Source: an uncultured Candidatus Saccharibacteria bacterium
Lineage (GTDB): Bacteria > Patescibacteriota > Minisyncoccia > Minisyncoccales > Staskawiczbacteraceae
DNA length: 64,000 nt
Assembly: GCA_964599285.1 (NCBI GenBank)
Contig: CAZREI010000001.1
Location: forward strand, 34,562-98,561
Direction: 5' to 3'
Below, piece after piece: positions 1 through 8,386 of this stretch. The stretch's first letter is position 1. Every line of letters begins with the position of its first letter. The notes beneath the pieces are model-generated. The model saw nothing but the letters and a program-made list of their open reading frames with translations, did not search any database and had not been told where the DNA came from. The position numbers and the translations under genes are program-made.

Positions 1-6
1 TTTATA

Positions 7-264
7 ATGATGATATCTCAAAACGCAATCAAACAATATAAAACACCGGTAGATAAAGAAGGTGGATACCGAATATATACCGTTTATAAAAAAGAAAATC
101 TTTTTGTTTTTGAATGCTGGGATTGCTCCCTAACCAGTAGTGACAATTCCAGTGTCGGAACACGCAAAGCATATAATGAATTCCCAATTGAAAAAGAAGC
201 TGTAGCTGAATACGAGAAATACATAAATACCTGGGAACCTAAAAATAGATCCCCAAAACTATGA
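7..264 (+). CDS. hypothetical small protein (mobile-element neighbourhood)
   Basis: 85-aa ORF. Its stop overlaps the next start (ATGA at 261-264). No recognisable motif. Confidence 0.35.
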   Translation: MMISQNAIKQYKTPVDKEGGYRIYTVYKKENLFVFECWDCSLTSSDNSSVGTRKAYNEFPIEKEAVAEYEKYINTWEPKNRSPKL

Positions 265-578
265 ACATAAAACCAGAAAAAATAAAAGAAGAATTCACAA
301 AGGATACTTATTGGACTCGTATTCATTTTGAGTCCGAAGACAAGTCCCAAAAATCCACACTGCTTGTTTGTGCTTCGCGAGAATATTTATGGGATCTTTT
401 TGGTGCGCGCAAACCAGAAGAAGTAAAAATAGACCAATGGCTTCAGGGTGTCATTAAAAAATGGGAATCGATGGCAGATATTATTTTTAACAACAAAGTC
501 CATTATGATGTATATGCCAATACTCCGGAGGGAAGTAAAAATGGGTTAAAATTTTTAAAAGAAGAAGTGACTCCATGA
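261..578 (+). CDS. hypothetical small protein, coupled to the previous ORF
   Basis: 105-aa ORF with a 4-nt overlap to the upstream ORF. No recognisable motif. Confidence 0.35.
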   Translation: MNIKPEKIKEEFTKDTYWTRIHFESEDKSQKSTLLVCASREYLWDLFGARKPEEVKIDQWLQGVIKKWESMADIIFNNKVHYDVYANTPEGSKNGLKFLKEEVTP

Positions 579-601
579 ATTCCCCCGGAATTTTTTTGAT
601 T

Positions 602-1912
602 CTAACCCAATTCTATCTTTTTATCTTTGATAGTAAGCTTGCTTTTCATGAATGACATGAGTTCTCGTTTCTCGGTTATGGTTCCGTCCCGTAATAGGTA
701 CTTTGCATAATTCCGTATATCAATATCCGCATTATTGGCTTCTTTTTTATGGCCCAAGACGCCGATCCTGAATTTATTGAATCTGGCGATTTCCAGTTCA
801 ATGGAAGCTCTGATCCCCAGCTCATCAAGATCTATTTTATCGACTAGTTCTATAAATTCATTGATTAATCCGGGTTCGGTTATCGCCGGATTCTTGCAGT
901 CAATATTTCTAGCCTTAGAGCAAAAATAGTAGACGTGGCGATTAACCCCGCCATCCTTGAGCTTTTTAAATTTCTCATCGGCAGTGATGCCGGATCCGCA
1001 GTAGCCACACTTGATCAGTTGGGTAAAGGCGAATTCCTTACTTTCGGTTTTAGGGATAAACTTTTCATTAAGTACCACCTGCACTTTATCGAAGAGTTCC
1101 TTTGTGATAATCGGGGTATGCTTGCCCTGGTACCAATTACCACTGCCGACCGGATATTCAAACTCACCGTAGTAAAAGGTATTTCTTAATAGGATATAAA
1201 TATTTCCCAGGGTCAGAGTTTTCCCGGTCTTAGTTTTGAAGCCGCTATCCACCAGCCAGCGGAATACTTTTCGGCCGGACCACTGCTCGTTTCCCACTTT
1301 TTCGAACATCTGTCTGATAATATGCCCGCGGTGAGGGTCAATCTTTACCTGGCATTTTTTATCCGTGCGGTGTTCGCTTAGGTAACCAGTCGGCGGCTGG
1401 CTTGGGCGCCAGCCCATTTCACATCGAGTCTTAAGGCCACGCATGACATTAACTACTTTATTATCATTTTCTAGCTTAGCCTGGCTACCAAGGATCATCA
1501 GCAAGAATTTCTCATTGGGATTGTTGGTGAATTTCTGGCTGTAGGTTCTGATTTCTACGATCAACTTTTGGTCTATCAGGTCTACCACTGATCCTAGGTC
1601 TCCAGCATTCCTCGCCAGCCGGTCGGGTGCCCAGGTCAAGATACCATTGAATTTCTTTTCACGGATATCAGCCAACATCTGATTGAAGATTGGTCGCTGA
1701 CCGACTTCCTTGGATGAGTGAGCCTCTTTCTTGATTTCTGCCACCGTTAAGCCATCACGCTCCGCTATGACCAGCATTTCCTTAATCTGGGACTCAATGG
1801 AGAGTGCCTGCTGGTCTTCAGCCTCCGTGCTTTTCCTGGCATAGAGGCAATATTTTACCGGTATGGGAATTACCACGGTTTTTTCTCTCGTTGTTATAGT
1901 TGCGTTTTCCAT
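602..1912 (-). CDS. large serine recombinase (resolvase/invertase N-domain, recombinase domain, zinc ribbon)
   Basis: N-terminal 'YCLYARKSTEAEDQQALSIESQ' with the catalytic-Ser context, plus 'WAPDRLARN'. C-terminal Cys cluster 'CGYCGSG...YYFCSKARNIDC'. Length is 436 aa. Confidence 0.9.
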   Translation of the reverse strand: MENATITTREKTVVIPIPVKYCLYARKSTEAEDQQALSIESQIKEMLVIAERDGLTVAEIKKEAHSSKEVGQRPIFNQMLADIREKKFNGILTWAPDRLARNAGDLGSVVDLIDQKLIVEIRTYSQKFTNNPNEKFLLMILGSQAKLENDNKVVNVMRGLKTRCEMGWRPSQPPTGYLSEHRTDKKCQVKIDPHRGHIIRQMFEKVGNEQWSGRKVFRWLVDSGFKTKTGKTLTLGNIYILLRNTFYYGEFEYPVGSGNWYQGKHTPIITKELFDKVQVVLNEKFIPKTESKEFAFTQLIKCGYCGSGITADEKFKKLKDGGVNRHVYYFCSKARNIDCKNPAITEPGLINEFIELVDKIDLDELGIRASIELEIARFNKFRIGVLGHKKEANNADIDIRNYAKYLLRDGTITEKRELMSFMKSKLTIKDKKIELG

Positions 1913-2047
1913 GGTTTTGTATGAAGGTTTAGTATTTTTTCCACTCGTATTCGACCTTTCTACATCAAGGAATGACGCAACCCCACTAGGGAGTCCAGAC
2001 CCCAGGAGTTGATAACTTTTGTTCTCTAATTTTTTATTTATGATAGA

Positions 2048-3442
2048 ATGAACGAATTGATTATTAAAAATAAAATTATGGAAAATATTACATCATCAAC
2101 GCCTCAGCCAACATTTATCACTCCGGACATTACTCCAAACCGTCCCAAAAGGAAGGTTTTTAAAATAATTCTAATAATAGCGCTACCTATTATTGTTTTA
2201 ATTGTGATTATAGTTGCTATCCCATTTTTTCTGAATACATTTTTTGCAAAAGATATACCCACCATAGATGATTCAGATCTCCAGCTTAAAAATATTGAAG
2301 TTGCCGACGCCGATAACGCTTATTTTGATTTGGCAAAAGTAAAAGACCTTTCTTTCCCAACCAGCCAGCAAAATCCACAAGAACTGCAAAAGGTAAATGA
2401 TATGCTCGCAGGAAAAACTTGGGACGATGATTTATTTAACCAACTGTATTCCCAAAACATCCACGCTATTTCTGATTTTGATAGTGCCGCCTCAAAACCT
2501 CTATTTCAAGACCCCGCACTTGCGCATCCTTCAAGAACTGAATTACCTGAATTAACAAACCTGACAGCTAATCTTAATATGGCAAAGATAAGTGCTTTGC
2601 ATGCCCTTTATTTGGCGAAACTCGGAAAAGATAAAGAGGCGATGGATGAAGCGTTAAAATCTGCTAACATTGGCCAAAAAATTCAAAGCTCGCAAGCAAT
2701 AATCATCGACTATTTAGTTGGCGCAAGTATGAAAAAAACTGGATTGCAGACTGCCCAACAAATTCTTTCCCAATCGAAACTAGATCCTAATGCAATAAAT
2801 CAGTATACGCAAGAGATGAATCAATACTACAATAATGAAGATGGATTTATCGCGTCGTTAAAAAATGAATATTATACTGAAACTTATATTTTTGAGTTGC
2901 TTAAAGCAAACAGGTTAAAAAACGAGGATACTCAATCTCTTAAAAAAAATTATTATTTCTCACCTAACACAACAGAACTTTTGTATGCCAATCTTTGGCG
3001 TACTTATATAAATAGTATAAAAGGTTCTTGTGATAATATTGATGCCATAAATGTTAGCAAAATTTCTCCTAATAACTTTGCTCAGCTATACATAGAGAGA
3101 AACGCCATTGGGGAAAAGTTGTATGATATAGTCGCAGACAGCAATATAAAAAATCATCTTTTCCACAGGTGCGATGAAGATGTATTGATAGGATCCACCC
3201 AAACAATGTTTGCCATGAAAGCCTATAAGGATAAAAATGGTCATTATCCTAATACACTCGATGATCTTGTTCCTGGCTATTTGCCGTCCGTACCTTTGGA
3301 TCCCTATGATAACAAAGAATTAAAATATTCCGTAGATAAAAAAATCATATATTCTATCGGGAAAGATTTGAAGGATAGCGGAGGAAGTACGGGGGATGAT
3401 TGGTCAAAAATGGCAGATCCTACCTTTACGGTTAATTTTTAG
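2048..3442 (+). CDS. membrane-anchored hypothetical protein with pseudopilin-like C-terminus
   Basis: N-terminal TM helix 'VFKIILIIALPIIVLIVIIVAIPFF'. The C-terminal 'LPSVPLDPYDNKELKYS...YSIGKDLKDSGGS' resembles the GspG-type C-terminal motif. Confidence 0.55.
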   Translation: MNELIIKNKIMENITSSTPQPTFITPDITPNRPKRKVFKIILIIALPIIVLIVIIVAIPFFLNTFFAKDIPTIDDSDLQLKNIEVADADNAYFDLAKVKDLSFPTSQQNPQELQKVNDMLAGKTWDDDLFNQLYSQNIHAISDFDSAASKPLFQDPALAHPSRTELPELTNLTANLNMAKISALHALYLAKLGKDKEAMDEALKSANIGQKIQSSQAIIIDYLVGASMKKTGLQTAQQILSQSKLDPNAINQYTQEMNQYYNNEDGFIASLKNEYYTETYIFELLKANRLKNEDTQSLKKNYYFSPNTTELLYANLWRTYINSIKGSCDNIDAINVSKISPNNFAQLYIERNAIGEKLYDIVADSNIKNHLFHRCDEDVLIGSTQTMFAMKAYKDKNGHYPNTLDDLVPGYLPSVPLDPYDNKELKYSVDKKIIYSIGKDLKDSGGSTGDDWSKMADPTFTVNF

Positions 3443-3489
3443 GACACAATCGCTTCTGCTTTAAATACGGGTATTTTTAAGTTTCTATT

Positions 3490-4626
3490 ATGCTTTGTCC
3501 TAACTGCAAGAAAGATTTAAGCGAGTATAAAGATAGGCGCATAGCAATGTATCAGTGTTACCGCTGTGGCGGTTTTTGGTTTCCATTTGGCACACTCGGA
3601 GAATTTCTTGATATATCAGTGAAAGAAAATCCAAATATTCCAGAAGAAAAGCTTGATTTGGAGAGAAAAGAAGATACCTACCGTGAAGTTCACAAAGATG
3701 AGAAGTCTTTTTTATGCCCTGTGGAAAATAAGCTCATGGAGCCTTTTAATTATGCCGCTGATTCCAATATTATTGTTTATCGCTGTGAGTCTTGTGAGGG
3801 TATCTGGGCAAGTAAAGAACAAGTAAGCGATCTTCTCTCTTTTCACAAAGGGGGTAAGGCCGTAGACACATTTGCCAAGGCTTTTGGAGAAGAAATAGGG
3901 GAGGAGGCAAGAGAGGAGCAAACTATAAAAGATGTTAGCAGTGTCTTTAGCAATCCCGCTTTTATACTTTTTCCAGTTATCCTTCCTCTCGAAGAAGAAA
4001 CAAAAATTAATATTTTTCCTGCTGTAACAATTATTATCATTGCTATAAACGTATGTGTTTTTCTGTATCAGATATTTTTTATTTCTAATATTGATTTTTA
4101 CTTTCAATTTTGGGGGCTTGTTCCCGCAGTTGTTTTTTCTCAAGGAAAATATTATCAATTCCTGTCGGCCATCTTTATTCATGAAGGCTTTTTCCATCTG
4201 TTCGGCAATATGTTTTATCTCTGGATATTTGGGCCACATATAGAAAAACATATCAAACCTCTAAAGTTTTTTTCCTTTTATATATTAATGGGCATTATTT
4301 CAAGTGCTGTGTATATTGATTTTCATCCATCGTCATACATTCCTTTAATCGGAGCAAGCGGCGCAATATCAGGAATCATGGGAGCATATTTTATTTTCTA
4401 CCCAAAGGTAAAAATCAAAACTCTTTTTGTAAGCAAAATTATAGAAATACCAGCATATGTATATCTTGGTCTTTGGGTTCTTTTGCAGTTTCATTCTATT
4501 GGTTCTTCAGTTGCTTGGCTTGCCCATATTGCAGGGTTTATTTTCGGTGCCGTAATTGCGTGGATCTACAAAATCAGAAAAAGAATTATCCTAACCCAAA
4601 AACAAGTAGGTGACACAGTGAATTAA
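3490..4626 (+). CDS. rhomboid-family intramembrane serine protease with two N-terminal zinc-ribbon modules
   Basis: 'GASGAISGIMGAYF' (GxSG catalytic Ser) and 'AHIAGFIFG' (catalytic His) within a multi-TM C-terminal half. N-terminus carries 'CPNC...CYRCGGFWF' and 'CPV...CESCEGIWA'. Confidence 0.85.
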   Translation: MLCPNCKKDLSEYKDRRIAMYQCYRCGGFWFPFGTLGEFLDISVKENPNIPEEKLDLERKEDTYREVHKDEKSFLCPVENKLMEPFNYAADSNIIVYRCESCEGIWASKEQVSDLLSFHKGGKAVDTFAKAFGEEIGEEAREEQTIKDVSSVFSNPAFILFPVILPLEEETKINIFPAVTIIIIAINVCVFLYQIFFISNIDFYFQFWGLVPAVVFSQGKYYQFLSAIFIHEGFFHLFGNMFYLWIFGPHIEKHIKPLKFFSFYILMGIISSAVYIDFHPSSYIPLIGASGAISGIMGAYFIFYPKVKIKTLFVSKIIEIPAYVYLGLWVLLQFHSIGSSVAWLAHIAGFIFGAVIAWIYKIRKRIILTQKQVGDTVN

Positions 4627-4692
4627 TTTCACCGCACAAAGTGACGACCTGTCTGCTCGCAAAAAATACCTAAAAAAATAAAACCAGTAAAC

Positions 4693-5175
4693 TTAGTGTC
4701 GCCCTAAAAACTCTTCTAATCCCGGAATATTAATATCGTTTGACCTATCCTTGATAACTCCCTTCTTAATCAAAAGACCCTTCAACTCCTTTTCTTGGTT
4801 CTGAAGGAGAGCTCTAATCTCAGGATCCTCAAGATCCGCCGGGTCAAGGTTGCTGGGCAGGTTGTAGAGGTATGGCCCCTGTTCAAGGTAAGTAAGTGTT
4901 ACTCCCGATGACGTGCCGGGTTTGCCTTCCAGTTGCTCAATAATGAATTTGGCAACACTGACGTTCTTTTCATCGATAGCCTTGTGGAAGAGTTTCTCGA
5001 TTAATAAATCAAGATGGGTAATATCCTTGCTCTCCCAGACCTTACTATTCGCCTTTTCCCTCAACAGTTCTCCGATTTGTTTTTTGATTGATACTGCACC
5101 AAGCGGCCTGCCTTTGGTGTTCCGCCGCGGGTCGTTTCCTTTTTGGAATGGTTTTAATGAATCGGGATTTGCCAT
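4693..5175 (-). CDS. phage/mobile-element-type protein (DUF5681-like N-terminus)
   Basis: The N-terminal 'KPFQKGNDPRRNTKGRPLG' resembles the 'PFxKGxSGNPxGRPKG' motif of phage-associated proteins. Family assignment is from memory. Confidence 0.45.
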   Translation of the reverse strand: MANPDSLKPFQKGNDPRRNTKGRPLGAVSIKKQIGELLREKANSKVWESKDITHLDLLIEKLFHKAIDEKNVSVAKFIIEQLEGKPGTSSGVTLTYLEQGPYLYNLPSNLDPADLEDPEIRALLQNQEKELKGLLIKKGVIKDRSNDINIPGLEEFLGRH

Positions 5176-5264
5176 ATTATCTCATGATACCATGTTTCTG
5201 ATTGAACGCAGTAAATTCACAGTTATTATGGTATATATCCACACCTATTGTGCTTATGGAAAAC

Positions 5265-5475
5265 AACTAAAATGTTACACCGGTCAGTACCACCGAAAAC
5301 ACGGCTTTCTGTGTAACATTTGTAACATTTTAGGAACAAAACGGGGAAAAATGTTACACAGCCAAAATACCGAAATGTTACAAATAAGACACGAGAATAA
5401 GACACGTGACTTGTGTCTTATTTGTCTTATTTACCGAACAAAATGGGAAAAATGAGACATAGCCAAAAATTTGCA
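5265..5475. promoter_or_regulatory. iteron/operator-like array of short direct and inverted repeats
   Basis: AATGTTACA occurs 5 times (5271+, 5312-, 5321-, 5350+, 5374+). AATAAGACA occurs 4 times (5383+, 5396+, 5414-, 5423-). The 24-nt direct repeat GGGAAAAATGNNACANAGCCAAAA is at 5344-5367 and 5445-5468. Confidence 0.6.
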
Positions 5476-5499
5476 TATTTTGCCAAAACCCCTTACAAT
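5471..5499 (+). promoter_or_regulatory. candidate sigma70-type promoter
   Basis: TTGCAT (5471-5476), a 17-nt spacer, then TACAAT (5494-5499). Confidence 0.3.
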
Positions 5500-5505
5500 A
5501 CAGCT

Positions 5506-5625
5506 AGACTGAGTGGCCTAGTTACGGAGCCACTCAAAACCCCTAATTTCCCTCTTAAAACCCAGGTTCACAACTGGGTTGGGGCACTAGAAAACTAAAA
5601 AGCCGCGGTAAAACTGTGGCTTTTT
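5506..5625 (+). ncRNA. candidate ~120-nt small RNA (two hairpins plus intrinsic terminator)
   Basis: Lies downstream of the candidate promoter. Hairpins are 'gagtggc..gccactc' and 'acccag..ctgggt'. The terminator at 5597-5625 has G-U pairs that only work on the + strand. Confidence 0.3.
5597..5625 (+). terminator. rho-independent terminator
   Basis: The stem aaaaagccgcgg/ctgtggcttttt has two G-T wobbles valid only as + strand RNA, followed by a T-run. Confidence 0.6.
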
Positions 5626-5635
5626 AGTTTCTATT

Positions 5636-5752
5636 CCCAGCAGGACTCGAACCCAAATCACCCCGTGTAGGAAAATATTAAAAACCGAGGGTTTTTAAAG
5701 CAGGGGGTCGGGGTGATTTGAAAGGGTTCTAGCGAAGCGGAGTCCTGCTGGG
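5636..5752. repeat. long imperfect inverted repeat / structured region
   Basis: cccagcaggactc-gaaccc-aaatcaccccg (5636-5665) pairs with cggggtgattt..gggttc..gagtcctgctggg (5709-5752). Confidence 0.6.
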
Positions 5753-5807
5753 GGCACAAACCAGTGCTAAGTCAACTGACCGACTGGGTCTGATGACTTA
5801 GTCGCTC

Positions 5808-5838
5808 AAAATCACCCTTTATTTTAGGGTGATTTTTT
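5808..5838 (+). terminator. rho-independent terminator
   Basis: Stem aaaatcaccct / agggtgatttt followed by tt, just upstream of the EamA gene. Confidence 0.6.
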
Positions 5839-5854
5839 GATAGGATGAGCGAAT

Positions 5855-6766
5855 ATGTTGACATGGTATCTGCTAGCTTTTTCTGCTCCAGCGCTTTGGG
5901 CAGTGAGCAATCATATCGATAAATATGTCTTAGGTCGTTATTTGAAGGGTGGAAGCATCGGCGCTCTTGTTATTTTCGGCGGGATTGTCGGCTTTATTTT
6001 TTCCATATTAATTTTTATTCTTGCTCCTCATCAATTATTAGCACTGACTCCTTTTCACGCCGCAATAATTATCATCAATGGAATACTCCTAATTGCTGCT
6101 ATGATTCCATATTTTTATGCCCTTTCAAAAGATGAAACTTCTATCATTGTTCCACTCTATCAAACCGTTTCTATTTTCTCCTTTTTGTTAGGATTTGCTG
6201 TTCTAGGAGAGACGATATCAGTTATGCGAATATTTGCCGGTATTTTGATTATTGCTGGAGCAGTAATGATTTCCGTAGACCTCGAAAATCTCAAAATTAA
6301 GAAAGGCGTTCTCCTTCTCATGTTGCTTTCTTCGTTCATGGTAGCAATCTATATTCTCATTTTTAAAATCGTTGCGCTTCAAGAAAATTTCTGGGGTAGC
6401 GCTTTTTATGAAGAAGTCGGGATTGCTTTGGCGGGTTTGTTGATTTTTACTTTTACGGGTAGGTATCGAAGACAGTTTTTGACCATTTTGAAGGAGAACC
6501 GGCTTTCCATTATTGGCGTTAATGGCTTAAATGAATTGGTAAATATTGGAGCGAAGCTGATGGTAAACTATGCTAGCTTACTGGCGCCTATTGCACTTGT
6601 GACAGTCGCCAATGGATTGCAACCATTTTTTGTTTTCATTTATGGCATCGCACTGACCCTATTCTTTCCAAAAGTTGCCCAGGAACGGGTTGATAGAAAA
6701 CATCTTGCACAAAAAGTCGTAGCAATCATTATTATATTTGCCGGCAGTTATTTGCTTATCTTTTAA
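5855..6766 (+). CDS. EamA/DMT-family transporter
   Basis: 303 aa with ~10 predicted hydrophobic helices and the duplicated EamA-like architecture. Confidence 0.75.
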   Translation: MLTWYLLAFSAPALWAVSNHIDKYVLGRYLKGGSIGALVIFGGIVGFIFSILIFILAPHQLLALTPFHAAIIIINGILLIAAMIPYFYALSKDETSIIVPLYQTVSIFSFLLGFAVLGETISVMRIFAGILIIAGAVMISVDLENLKIKKGVLLLMLLSSFMVAIYILIFKIVALQENFWGSAFYEEVGIALAGLLIFTFTGRYRRQFLTILKENRLSIIGVNGLNELVNIGAKLMVNYASLLAPIALVTVANGLQPFFVFIYGIALTLFFPKVAQERVDRKHLAQKVVAIIIIFAGSYLLIF

Positions 6767-6837
6767 TGGTTGTAATTATCCTTTCTTCTGGTATATTAAT
6801 ACGTAGATCTTTCCATCCTTCATCTTGGAGTTTTGCA

Positions 6838-7386
6838 ATGATTTCCTTAATTGCCGCGGTTGCCCAAAACGGAGTTATTGGTTATAGAAACGCCATGCCC
6901 TGGAATTTGCCCAATGATTTTCGATGGTTTAAGGAAAAAACGTTTGGCAAACAGTTAATTGTTGGACGCAAAACGTTTGAATCCATCGGCAAAAAACCGT
7001 TGCCCAACCGATCCCATGTTATCCTGACTACCCAGCGGGCATACGAAATCCCCAGCGATTGTAATTGTGTTCTGGCGCACTCTATAGATCAGGTCTTGGC
7101 GCTGACGCAGGAAAATCAAGAAACCATGGTATGCGGTGGCGGAATTGTCTACCAGCAATTTTTGCCCACGGCAGACAGGATGTACCTGACGTACGTTCAC
7201 CACGACTTTGAGGGAGACGTGTTCTTTCCAGAATTTTCGCCAACCCAATGGAGCCAAATCAATAAAAGGGACTACGGTCCCGATGAGGAAAATGTATACG
7301 CGTACTCCATCATCACTTTCCAAAAAACCAAGACTTCTTTGAATTACGAAATGCTTTCGAGGTATTTTCTTCAAATTTTGAGATAG
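6838..7386 (+). CDS. folA: dihydrofolate reductase
   Basis: 'MISLIAAVAQNGVIGYRNAMPWNLPNDFRWFKEKTFGKQLIVGRKTFESIG' is classic DHFR. The start was moved to ATG 6838. The last ~16 codons and the stop lie inside repeat family A. Confidence 0.85.
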   Translation: MISLIAAVAQNGVIGYRNAMPWNLPNDFRWFKEKTFGKQLIVGRKTFESIGKKPLPNRSHVILTTQRAYEIPSDCNCVLAHSIDQVLALTQENQETMVCGGGIVYQQFLPTADRMYLTYVHHDFEGDVFFPEFSPTQWSQINKRDYGPDEENVYAYSIITFQKTKTSLNYEMLSRYFLQILR

Positions 7387-7508
7387 AAATTTGATAGAAT
7401 TTTTCGGCTTAGCCAACGGCTCCGCCGAAAAATTATAGCGAATTTGTAGCCAAAATTTGGAGAAAAGACCCGAAATCCACTTTTTAATGTGCATTTCGTA
7501 ATTCAAAG
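7339..7508 (+). repeat. family A long-hairpin MITE-like element, copy 1
   Basis: TIRs are TTGAATTACGAAATG...CATTTCGTAATTCAA. Core is 'gagatagaaatttgatagaatttttcggcttagccaacggctccgccgaaaaattatagcgaattt'. Confidence 0.85.
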
Positions 7509-7513
7509 AAGGT

Positions 7514-8287
7514 TTAGCTCTTGGTTTTTCTTTGCTTACCGCTACCGCCTTTACGCCATGGCATTGAAGAAAATAGGGGATAGTACACATCTTCTTTTGT
7601 TTTGATTTCAAATGAAGAAAACGGCAGTTTTGACACGACGGGTTTAGTTACAAATGTTACCCAGGGAATGTCGGTGATAAGGCAAAGCGGCGTAGCCTCG
7701 GACCCTTCACCCATTAAAACAACAGCAGCCGCGGCAAGCCCATCGGCAATATTGGTTTGAGCCATTTTAAATTTTCTTCCAAACAAGTCGGGCTTGGCGC
7801 GATAATCTTTTAAGGGATTAAATCCGTAGTGGGCCAGCGAAATTCCCAAAACGCCGCGACGCAGGGGGAGGGTGTGAGAATCAGTAATAATAATGCCCAG
7901 ATTTTTTACCTTATATTTTTTTCGAAGCCAAGTCCATAATTGTTTTGCTGCGGCTTGCACATCTTTTGGCCATAGAATGTAGTAGCCATCAGCGTTACTT
8001 TCGTCAACGCCGGCCGCGGGAATGAATACATTATTTTTTATGGTGTGCATGCACCAAGCTCCCGGGGTGGCTTGGCGAGGCAAATACAAATCAGCTTCTT
8101 GCGCTACCAGTTCGTCCTTATTATGATCGATCATCGGCACACAGCATCCTTGCCAAATGCTCACTACTTTTGAGGTAATGGCGATGATACTTTTTTCGGG
8201 AATGGATTTTACAGAATCTTCAATGGCCGCCAAAAGATCATCTTGCGGTGGCCGGAGAACGCTGGTTTTAATGGGTTGCACGATCAT
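7514..8287 (-). CDS. CofE-family gamma-glutamyl ligase-like protein
   Basis: 'IITDSHTLPLRRGVLGISLAHYGFNPLKDYRAKPDLFGRKFKMAQTNIADGLAAAAVVLMGEGSEATP' matches the F420-0:gamma-glutamyl ligase fold pattern. Convergent with folA. Confidence 0.65.
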   Translation of the reverse strand: MIVQPIKTSVLRPPQDDLLAAIEDSVKSIPEKSIIAITSKVVSIWQGCCVPMIDHNKDELVAQEADLYLPRQATPGAWCMHTIKNNVFIPAAGVDESNADGYYILWPKDVQAAAKQLWTWLRKKYKVKNLGIIITDSHTLPLRRGVLGISLAHYGFNPLKDYRAKPDLFGRKFKMAQTNIADGLAAAAVVLMGEGSEATPLCLITDIPWVTFVTKPVVSKLPFSSFEIKTKEDVYYPLFSSMPWRKGGSGKQRKTKS

Positions 8288-8333
8288 ACTTATGTAATGT
8301 TAATTATTGGGTAATAATATCATTGGCGCATCA

Positions 8334-8366
8334 AAAAATACAGTCCGCTTGAACTGTATTTTTTCA
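8334..8366 (-). terminator. hairpin terminator (bidirectional shape)
   Basis: aaaaaatacagt..actgtatttttt, downstream of the 72-aa gene on the minus strand. Confidence 0.5.
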
Positions 8367-8386
8367 CGTCTAACCGAGTGAGTGCT

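Noticed and set aside
3712-4251. 179-aa minus-strand ORF (and the other short ORFs at 3843-4243)
   Set aside because: They are antisense to or overlap the rhomboid protease gene, whose catalytic motifs identify the real frame.
4913-5598. ORFs 4913-5455 (+) and 5413-5598 (+)
   Set aside because: The first is antisense to the DUF5681-like gene and reads through the iteron array. The second contains a promoter-like element and hairpins inside it and ends in a terminator. Non-coding explanations fit better.
5636-5752. tRNA or tmRNA gene (GGACTCGAACC / GGGGTGATTTGGGTTCGAGTCC words)
   Set aside because: A manual cloverleaf fails: the T-stem would have only two Watson-Crick pairs. No acceptor partner, tag reading frame or CCA-proximal T-arm was found. 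It may be a degraded fragment at best.
6955-7611. 218-aa minus-strand ORF
   Set aside because: It is antisense to folA, runs through a family A repeat and overlaps the cofE-like gene end. It has no motif.
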